A stretch of 10,517 bases of DNA, taken from assembly GCA_043822305.1 (NCBI GenBank), contig JBDRBU010000075.1, positions 1 to 10,517 on the forward strand, written 5' to 3'. Under the pieces are notes generated by a model. The model saw only the letters and a list, made by a program, of their open reading frames with translations. It made no database searches and was not told where the DNA came from. A program made the position numbers and the translations under genes. Below are positions 1 to 6,702 of this stretch, in pieces; the first letter of the stretch is position 1; each line of letters begins with the position of its first letter. This DNA is from Candidatus Firestoneibacteriota bacterium (lineage in GTDB: Bacteria; Oederibacteriota; D2-FULL-39-29; JBDRBU01).

Positions 1-16
1 AATCTCTCTTAAGCAT
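1..16 (-). CDS. Probable 5' end of a gene running off the left window edge (MLKRD...)
   Basis: Minus strand reads GGAGG (30-26), 9 nt, then ATG CTT AAG AGA GAT (ATG at 16-14), with a sigma70-like promoter upstream. Only 5 codons are visible. Confidence 0.4.
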
Positions 17-86
17 CTGTTATTTCCTCCGTATAATATGTTTTTAATTTAATCAATTTATATTATACAAGATTTAACAGATGCTT
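11..86. repeat. 12-bp perfect inverted repeat pair (AAGCATCTGTTA 11-22 / TAACAGATGCTT 75-86)
   Basis: The two arms are exact reverse complements separated by 52 bp. Confidence 0.75.
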
Positions 87-90
87 TCTA
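62..90 (-). promoter_or_regulatory. Putative sigma70-type promoter for the gene starting at 16
   Basis: Minus strand TAGAAA (90-85), 17-nt spacer, TATAAT (67-62). The AT-rich background makes chance matches possible. Confidence 0.4.
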
Positions 91-117
91 TCTCAAATAT
101 CCATCCTATCCTATTAC

Positions 118-141
118 TCTACAATCAAACCTGAAGAACCT
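118..141 (+). repeat. 24-bp repeat TCTACAATCAAACCTGAAGAACCT, left copy; inverted copy at 10379-10402
   Basis: Exact reverse complement of 10379-10402. The flanks do not match beyond 24 bp. Confidence 0.9.
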
Positions 142-313
142 ATTATACTTTATTTCACATAATTACACTAATAAAAACTACTTAACAAGGTTTAAATTTA
201 TTTAAATTTACTATTCCAAATTTCTCTGGAATATACGAGATTACACTAAGTTCATTAAAAGGGATTTTTAATTTTACAAACCACCTATCTTTCTCCTTAT
301 CTGAGCCACAAGT

Positions 314-340
314 AGTCGGAGCCCGACTTTTGACAGAACC
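314..340. other. Short GC hairpin plus possible IS-end remnant
   Basis: AGTCGG-AGC-CCGACT (314-328) runs into a short T tract. The minus strand from 340 reads GGTTCTGTCAAAAGT, resembling IS6-family terminal inverted repeats (IS257 type, GGTTCTGTTGCAAAGT). No transposase is present. Confidence 0.3.
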
Positions 341-373
341 TTCTAATTATTTTTTTTGTATACTTTAATTACA

Positions 374-592
374 TTACTCATCCTTTCTTTCTAAAATTTC
401 TTTTGCTTCCTCAAATTGCTCATCACTTACAATAATTTTTATTCTGCCCCAACCATTAGTTGTAAGAGCATAAGATCCACCGACACTTTCACCTTTCATT
501 AAAACTATAATGCCTTCTGCTTCTAATTTTGATTTGATTAATAATGCTTCTGATATATCATTCGTTTCAAATAAAACCTTTTCTTTTTCCAT
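374..592 (-). CDS. DUF2007-like small protein (putative PII-like signal-transducing fold)
   Basis: 72 aa with EALLIKSKLEAEGI...IKIIVSDEQFEEAKEIL, the typical DUF2007 pattern. It abuts the bioA stop (GGAGATTGA-ATG). Confidence 0.75.
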   Translation of the reverse strand: MEKEKVLFETNDISEALLIKSKLEAEGIIVLMKGESVGGSYALTTNGWGRIKIIVSDEQFEEAKEILERKDE

Positions 593-1936
593 TCAATCTC
601 CAGTTATATCAACTATCGAATTATAAATAATATTCAACATCTTTTTTAATTCATTCTCACTTATACTGAGTGGGGACATAACTACTATTACATTTCCAAG
701 TGGACGAAGTATTAACCCATGCTTTCTTATATTCATACATACTTTTATACCAATTTTTTCTTCATATTTATACTCTTTTTTAGTCTTTTTATCTTTTACC
801 AGTTCAATCCCCGCTATAAATCCACACTGTCTAACATCACCAACATAAGGAAGTTCTTTAAATTTTTCCAATTCTTTTGATAACAATTTAATTTTTGGCT
901 GTAACTTTTCTAGAATTTTTTCTTTTTTAAAAATTTCCAAATTGGCCATGGCCGCAGAACAGCAAAGCGGGTTTCCGGTATAGGTATGGCCATGGAAGAA
1001 AGTCTTTTTTTCTTTGTAATCTCCTGAAAATGCATTAAAAATTTCCTGTGTGGTTAAAGTTGCTGCCAGCGGTAAATATCCGCCCGTAATTCCTTTGGCC
1101 ACGGCCATGATGTCTGGATGGACATTCTCTTTCTCACAGGCAAACATATATCCGGTTCTTCCAAATCCAGTAGCAACTTCATCTAAGATTAATAAAACAT
1201 TATGTTTATTACAAATCTCTCTTATTCTTTTTAAATATCCATTCGGTTGAACTATCATGCCACCGGCACATTGAATTAAGGGCTCTAAAATCACTCCAGC
1301 TATTTTATCTTTATATTTCTTTACAATTTCTTCAAGTTTCAAAACACATTCCATATGGCAAGAAGTAGATATTTTGCCAAACTCACATCTATAACAATAA
1401 GGAGACGGTGCAAAATATGTTTTAAATAATAATGATTTATAAACCATATGAAATAAATCTATTCCACCAACACTTACCGAGCCTATTGTATCGCCATGAT
1501 AAGAATTTTTTAAGGCTACAAATTTTGTTTTTTCTTTTTTCCCTTTTAACGACCAATACTGATATGCAATTTTTAATGAAATTTCTACGGCCGTAGAACC
1601 ATTATCCGAATAAAAAACTTTTTTTAAACCAGCTGGTGCAATTTTAACTAATTCCTTTGCCAATTTTATTGAAGGAACATTGCTTAAACCAAGCAATGTT
1701 GAATGGGAAATTTTTTTAATTTGTTTTATCATGGCATCATTTATTTCTTTTTTTCTGTGGCCATGAAGATTTACCCATAAAGAAGAAACCCCATCAATAT
1801 ATTTATTATGATGAATATCTTTTAAATATACTCCATCTCCTGATTCAATAATTATCTGTTTCTCTCTTAGGTAATCTTTCATCTGGGCAAAAGGATGCCA
1901 TATATATTTTTTATCTTCTTTTTCTAAATTAAACAC
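593..1936 (-). CDS. bioA: 7,8-diaminopelargonic acid (DAPA) aminotransferase, class III PLP-dependent
   Basis: 447 aa with WHPF, DGVSSLWVNLHGH, YSDNGSTAVE, YHGDT, ILDEVATGFGRTG, the PLP lysine in AKGITGGYLPL, and HGHTYTGNPL. Overlaps the bioD 3' end by 13 bp. Confidence 0.96.
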   Translation of the reverse strand: MFNLEKEDKKYIWHPFAQMKDYLREKQIIIESGDGVYLKDIHHNKYIDGVSSLWVNLHGHRKKEINDAMIKQIKKISHSTLLGLSNVPSIKLAKELVKIAPAGLKKVFYSDNGSTAVEISLKIAYQYWSLKGKKEKTKFVALKNSYHGDTIGSVSVGGIDLFHMVYKSLLFKTYFAPSPYCYRCEFGKISTSCHMECVLKLEEIVKKYKDKIAGVILEPLIQCAGGMIVQPNGYLKRIREICNKHNVLLILDEVATGFGRTGYMFACEKENVHPDIMAVAKGITGGYLPLAATLTTQEIFNAFSGDYKEKKTFFHGHTYTGNPLCCSAAMANLEIFKKEKILEKLQPKIKLLSKELEKFKELPYVGDVRQCGFIAGIELVKDKKTKKEYKYEEKIGIKVCMNIRKHGLILRPLGNVIVVMSPLSISENELKKMLNIIYNSIVDITGD

Positions 1937-2601
1937 TTTAACATTCTCATTAATTCTTTTTGCGATTTTAAATAAATAGATAATCTTTCTACATTTTTTA
2001 ATCTTTTGTTATGTGGAATTTTTGCTAAAATTGGACATCTTCCTAATTTTTTCAGCACATCTGGATTCGTTCTTTCAGCCATATCTAAATTCCTAATCCC
2101 GTTTATAACCATACCTAATATTTTTATTTTATTATCCCTTAAAATTTTAAGCGTAAGCAATGTCTGGTTTATTGTGCCCAGAGATGGTTTAACCATAACA
2201 ATAACCGGTAATTTTAAATCTTTAATTAAGTTAAGTACAAAATAATTTTTTTTTATAGGAACTAATACTCCGCCTATTCCTTCTACAATTAATAATTCGT
2301 ATTTTTTTTTAAGAGCTTCAAATGCCTCAAATACTCTTTTTAAGTTAATATCTTTCTTCTCTATCTTGGAGGCCACATACGGAGCTAAAGGCTTTTTGAA
2401 AAAGACAGGGTTTATTAAATTTAAATTTTCGTTAGATTTAGAGGCTTTTTTTAGCAAAATAGCATCTTCTTTACTACCTGAAACAAATGGTTTAAATCCG
2501 CATACATTTAAATTTTTATTTTTTAATGTTCTTAAAAGTCCGGAGGCAAAAAATGTTTTTCCAACCCCTGTGTCGGTACTTGTAATAAATATTCCTTTCA
2601 T
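1924..2601 (-). CDS. bioD: Dethiobiotin synthetase
   Basis: 225 aa with the P-loop FITSTDTGVGKT, FKPFVSG, PLAPYVA, VEGIGG and LGTINQTLLT. Adjacent to bioA. Confidence 0.96.
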   Translation of the reverse strand: MKGIFITSTDTGVGKTFFASGLLRTLKNKNLNVCGFKPFVSGSKEDAILLKKASKSNENLNLINPVFFKKPLAPYVASKIEKKDINLKRVFEAFEALKKKYELLIVEGIGGVLVPIKKNYFVLNLIKDLKLPVIVMVKPSLGTINQTLLTLKILRDNKIKILGMVINGIRNLDMAERTNPDVLKKLGRCPILAKIPHNKRLKNVERLSIYLKSQKELMRMLKCLI

Positions 2602-2963
2602 TATAATTTTTCTCTTTGCATCCCTCTTTCTTTTAAAGAATAAAGCCTTCTAACTATTCCATCCAATTCTTCTTGTTCTTCAAGACACATATTAAAAAAA
2701 GCTATTCCCAGAAAATATTGCTCTTCTTTCTGAATTTCTCTAACAACATCTGCTGATAATTTATCGTATTTTATTCCTCCTACTTCAAAAGTAAGTGAAA
2801 TTGGTGAATGCAAAGTTAACTGTTCATTTGTTATTAAAGCCACCCCTCCGGCAGAAATATCTATTATCCTTCCTACAATATCTTTGTTATTTAAAATATC
2901 AAAAATCTCTACTGGAAGACTAACTCTAACCCTTTTATGCTTTCTGGTACTATCTAAACCCAT
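2601..2963 (-). CDS. Stand-alone PilZ-domain protein (c-di-GMP receptor)
   Basis: 120 aa with both canonical motifs, RxxxR (RKHKR) and DxSxxG (DISAGG), plus a late GIAF strand. Its stop overlaps the bioD start (TAATG). Confidence 0.88.
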   Translation of the reverse strand: MGLDSTRKHKRVRVSLPVEIFDILNNKDIVGRIIDISAGGVALITNEQLTLHSPISLTFEVGGIKYDKLSADVVREIQKEEQYFLGIAFFNMCLEEQEELDGIVRRLYSLKERGMQREKL

Positions 2964-2969
2964 ATTATT

Positions 2970-3965
2970 TTATTTTGCTTCAGTAATTTCCGCAATGTCT
3001 TTTTTATAAATTATCTCATTTTTTCTTATGACAATATCATTTACAAGTAATTCCTGTTTGAATTTCGCTTCAAAATTAGGCAGTAATGGTGCCGTTTGAA
3101 TTACATATCTTCTGTCAATAAATTTCCCTTCATAATCAGTTACAAAATTATTTAAATCAAATTTAAAATTCTCAGGAGGTATTTTTAAGGGATTTTCAAC
3201 CAATTTTAATTTTTCCCGAATAGATATACCTTCAACAGTCATTGGTTCATCAAATTGATTTATCAATTGATAAGTTGTTAAAGTAGTATATCCATATAAA
3301 TCAGGACCTTCTTCTATTTTGTTTGAAGTTGATACTACTTTTAGTGAAGTTGGACATTGAACTGTTATTTTTTTAATTATTTCATAAGTTTTTTTCTCAC
3401 TACCCAACTCTAATGTGTATGTTATTTTAATTTCTGTATCGTCTTTCTTACTGCTTTTCTTTTTGCCTTTAATTCTAACTTCTGATTTATAAATATCTTC
3501 CGGTGAAATAGCGATATTTTCATTTCCCTTGATAATTTCCCATTTATACTTTGCCCCTTTTATCTGATTTGGTGCTAATTTAAAATTTCTCGCGGAGGCG
3601 AGTCCATTAGAATAAACATAAACTAATGGAGAAATTATATCCCCGACTAAGATTATAATACTTTTTGAACCACTACTTACTAGACTACCGTCTGTTTCTG
3701 CTTTTGCAGTTATAATTATTGGATTTTTCTTAATATCATTTGGGGCAGTCCATTTTATCTTTGAAAAATCATCAAGTATCTGAAAATTTCCACCACAACT
3801 ACCATCATCCCATGAAAATTTAGTTTTCTCTTGAGGAGATTCAATCCTTAACTCAACAGTTTCGCCAACATTAACAATATTTGGTGAAATAATATTTAAA
3901 TCTTTGCTTGAAACATCTGTTAGAAAAATTTTAAGAAAAATCAGGACTACTATTAAAATACGCAT
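2970..3965 (-). CDS. Hypothetical exported protein, probably beta-rich (Ig-like) domains
   Basis: 331 aa with a hydrophobic N-terminal signal-like segment and an AGGAGG RBS upstream. VNVGETVEL...FSW...GGNF...IKWTAP and YKWEI suggest Ig/PKD-like modules. Confidence 0.6.
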   Translation of the reverse strand: MRILIVVLIFLKIFLTDVSSKDLNIISPNIVNVGETVELRIESPQEKTKFSWDDGSCGGNFQILDDFSKIKWTAPNDIKKNPIIITAKAETDGSLVSSGSKSIIILVGDIISPLVYVYSNGLASARNFKLAPNQIKGAKYKWEIIKGNENIAISPEDIYKSEVRIKGKKKSSKKDDTEIKITYTLELGSEKKTYEIIKKITVQCPTSLKVVSTSNKIEEGPDLYGYTTLTTYQLINQFDEPMTVEGISIREKLKLVENPLKIPPENFKFDLNNFVTDYEGKFIDRRYVIQTAPLLPNFEAKFKQELLVNDIVIRKNEIIYKKDIAEITEAK

Positions 3966-3981
3966 TTTCCCCTCCTGTTTA

Positions 3982-4830
3982 TTAGTATATTTTTTCTCTT
4001 ATTGATTTTGCTTTTAAAAATAGTTTTTTAAGATTTTTAACATTGTTTTTATTTAAACTATTGTTGATTTTTTTTATAATTTTTAAAAAGTTTTTTATAT
4101 TACAACTTATATTCTTCTTATTGGAAATAGCTATTTCGGACCAGATTTCTGGATTACTTCCTGCAATTCTTGTTGTATCCTTAAAACCTTTACCAATCAT
4201 TGAAAAGAGATTTTTTTTATCTTTTGAAATCAGCAGCACCAAAGCACAAGCAATAAAATGTGGTAAATGACTTGTTAAGGCAATTATCTCATCATGCTCT
4301 TTTGGCCTTGTGATTATAACTTTTGCGCCTAATTTTTCCCATAAATTTCTAATTACTTTTAATGCATCCTTATTAGTGTTTTTAGTTGGAGTTAAAACGC
4401 AGACAGACCCTTTGAAAAGTTCTGCAGATGAAAAATCTACTCCACTTTTCTCTGAACCAGCAATAGGATGCGAGCCAACAAAATAAATTTTTCTTCTAAG
4501 AAATTTTGAGGCCACATTTACTATCCTTTCTTTAGTGCTTCCCACATCTGTGACAAGACAACCATCTTTCAGGAATGGTGAAATTTTTTTTAAAGTCTTT
4601 TCAATATGAATTACTGATGTAGCCAGAATCACTAAATCTGCTTCTTTAATCCTTTTAAAATCTGTTGAAAACTCGATTATTGCTTTCTCTCTTACTGCTT
4701 TCTTTAGTTTTTGAACATTTCTTCCAATTCCAATAACTTTTCTCGCCAAATGTTTTTTTATAAAAGCTTTCCCTAATGAGCCACCTATTAATCCAACTCC
4801 ATATATGACTACCGTATTTATCCTTTTCAT
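3982..4830 (-). CDS. tyrA: Prephenate/arogenate dehydrogenase (TyrA family, no ACT domain)
   Basis: 282 aa with the Rossmann motif GVGLIGGS, VTDVGSTK, GSHPIAGSEKSG, EHD...SHLPH and GFKDTTRIAGSNPEIW. Confidence 0.93.
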   Translation of the reverse strand: MKRINTVVIYGVGLIGGSLGKAFIKKHLARKVIGIGRNVQKLKKAVREKAIIEFSTDFKRIKEADLVILATSVIHIEKTLKKISPFLKDGCLVTDVGSTKERIVNVASKFLRRKIYFVGSHPIAGSEKSGVDFSSAELFKGSVCVLTPTKNTNKDALKVIRNLWEKLGAKVIITRPKEHDEIIALTSHLPHFIACALVLLISKDKKNLFSMIGKGFKDTTRIAGSNPEIWSEIAISNKKNISCNIKNFLKIIKKINNSLNKNNVKNLKKLFLKAKSIREKIY

Positions 4831-4835
4831 TGTTT

Positions 4836-4857
4836 TCCTCTTTTTACTATTATATCA
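4836..4857 (-). promoter_or_regulatory. Extended -10 promoter and RBS upstream of tyrA
   Basis: Minus strand TGATATAAT (4857-4849) is a perfect TGnTATAAT. It is followed by GAGGA (4840-4836), 5 nt before the tyrA ATG. Confidence 0.55.
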
Positions 4858-4873
4858 TTTTATTTAAATCTTT

Positions 4874-5662
4874 TTAAGTACTTTTTTTATATGCATCTAA
4901 ATAAGAGTCGCAATAAATATTTTTATTAAGAAGTAAATCCGCCGTAATCATGGCGTTCATTAATTCGGTATCCAATGGGTCTACAATGGCAGCATCTAAA
5001 CCATATGCAGCCGCCATAACAAGATATGTTCTATTTATAATCGGTCTTTGTTTCGTCCCCTGGGAAACATTGCTTAAACCAAGTACTGTTTTTGGAGAAG
5101 GGCTGGCTATCATTTTACATTCTGAGATTGCTTTTAAAACTTCATAGCCTTGAGGCTGGGCAACATTAATCGGAAGTATTACAGGGTCAATATAAATATT
5201 ATCAGAAGGAATCTCTAATTCCAGGGCACAGGCAACAAGTGTAGCCGCAAGTTCTACTCTACCATTTGAATCGGCCGGAACTCCTTTCTCGCTAATTGTA
5301 AGTGCTACTACCGGAACATTATATTTTTTGGCTAAAGGAAGTATGGCCGACATTTTTGACTGTTCACATGTTGTAGAGTTTATTATTGCTTTTTTTGCCT
5401 TTTTTAAACCGGCTTCCAGAACAGATACTTTTGGGCTATCTATAGCCAGTGGAAAATCTGTTACTTCAGAAATTGTATCAATTAACCATTCCATGGCCGC
5501 AACTGGATCTTCAACAGTAGGACCAACATTTACATCAAGCGCATTTGCTCCTGCCTTTATCTGTGACATGGCCAGATCCTGAATAGTTTTTTTATCTTTA
5601 CTTACAATGGCTACACCTACTTTTTTAAACATTCCATTAATTCTTTCTCCTATTATAAACAT
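4874..5662 (-). CDS. acsE: Methyltetrahydrofolate:corrinoid/iron-sulfur protein methyltransferase (MeTr)
   Basis: Pterin-binding TIM-barrel motifs MFIIGERINGMF, DVNVG, AIDS, INST, IDP, GLSNVSQG and GLDAAIVDP; directly downstream of acsD. Start reassigned from 5791 to the ATG at 5662 (262 aa), which has an AAGGGGG RBS and removes the overlap with acsD. Confidence 0.92.
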   Translation of the reverse strand: MFIIGERINGMFKKVGVAIVSKDKKTIQDLAMSQIKAGANALDVNVGPTVEDPVAAMEWLIDTISEVTDFPLAIDSPKVSVLEAGLKKAKKAIINSTTCEQSKMSAILPLAKKYNVPVVALTISEKGVPADSNGRVELAATLVACALELEIPSDNIYIDPVILPINVAQPQGYEVLKAISECKMIASPSPKTVLGLSNVSQGTKQRPIINRTYLVMAAAYGLDAAIVDPLDTELMNAMITADLLLNKNIYCDSYLDAYKKST

Positions 5663-5676
5663 AATACCCCCTTTTT

Positions 5677-6639
5677 TTATTTCATAAGTATTTCTATATT
5701 TCTTTTTATAACTTCCATTGTTTCTGGATGTCTGACTACTAATAAATTTGCACCCGCAAGTAGCAAAGAAGTACAAGTTGCCATCTCCCATCCAGGACCT
5801 CTTTTATTCTCATCTCCCCATTTTGGAAATTCACTACTACTTGCTTTTACCTCTTTTGTTTTCCATACTTCCTGACCGACTAAACATATAAATGGCGGGA
5901 AAAGCATCTTATCTCCATTAAGAGCGGCCAGTCTTATTCTCTCCATGACTGAATATGTATATTCTAAACCATAACCCAGACAACCGGTAGTAGGATCCAT
6001 CACAATTTTATTTATTGGAAAACCCATTTCTGTTATTAAAATATTTACCTGCTTTTGAATATTAACATCAATAGGTGCTTCAGCCATAATATTATGACTA
6101 TCGGCCAGACAGGAAGCAGTTAAAGTTTTATAATTATCCTGAGTTGCTTTTCCAAACAAGCAATTTTCTCCTTTTGCGATTTGAGTACATTTTGGCAAAA
6201 TTTCATTATCCTTTTCTGCATTCCCACAGCCATAAATAATAAGCGGAACACCAACTCCTTCTAAAACTGATTTTACTGTATTGGCAACTATTTCTGCTGA
6301 ATTATTTCCAAAGTCTGGATGAGCACTCTGCAATCTTAAAAATAAAATCTCTGCTTTATATGTTTCAACACATTTTTTTGCCCATTTTACGGGTGAAGAA
6401 ATCACATCTTCAAATGGCAAAATTAAACTTTTAGGCCACTCGGGTGGTTGCCTATCCCAAATCTCCATGGCCATTTTTGGTGAATTTACCATCTCACCTT
6501 CAAAACGCATAAAAGGCAAGGTATTTTCTCCGCCTATAGTCACAGTTGAAGTTCTGGTCCCTCCTTGCTCTTTTGTCGCACCAATTGTAACAGCATTAAT
6601 CTTTCCACTCCACTTTTCTTTAAGTAATTCTACTGGCAT
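5677..6639 (-). CDS. acsD: Corrinoid iron-sulfur protein small subunit (ACDS delta subunit, AcsD/CdhD)
   Basis: 320 aa with VTIGATKEQGGTR...IGGENTLPF, PIDVNIQKQVN, MDPTTGCLGYGLEYTYSVMERIRLAALNGDKML and VRHP; GGGAGG RBS. Confidence 0.95.
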   Translation of the reverse strand: MPVELLKEKWSGKINAVTIGATKEQGGTRTSTVTIGGENTLPFMRFEGEMVNSPKMAMEIWDRQPPEWPKSLILPFEDVISSPVKWAKKCVETYKAEILFLRLQSAHPDFGNNSAEIVANTVKSVLEGVGVPLIIYGCGNAEKDNEILPKCTQIAKGENCLFGKATQDNYKTLTASCLADSHNIMAEAPIDVNIQKQVNILITEMGFPINKIVMDPTTGCLGYGLEYTYSVMERIRLAALNGDKMLFPPFICLVGQEVWKTKEVKASSSEFPKWGDENKRGPGWEMATCTSLLLAGANLLVVRHPETMEVIKRNIEILMK

Positions 6640-6671
6640 AAAGACCTCCCTTAAACAATTCCATTAAACAA

Positions 6672-6702
6672 CCCCCTTATTCCCCCTTTGTTAAGGGGGA
6701 AT
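6672..6702. repeat. GC-rich REP-like palindrome overlapping the acsV stop
   Basis: ATTCCCCCTT-TGTT-AAGGGGGAAT (6679-6702, 10-bp perfect stem) plus an extra CCCCCTT half-site at 6672-6678. Confidence 0.65.

Noticed and set aside
4874..5662. Dihydropteroate synthase (folP) or MetH fragment
   Set aside because: It shares the pterin-binding fold, but the IGERING and GLSNVS motifs, 262-aa length and position after acsD indicate AcsE.
5663..5791. N-terminal 43 aa of the ORF-track 305-aa protein
   Set aside because: It overlaps acsD in another frame. AcsE homology and a good RBS start at the ATG at 5662.
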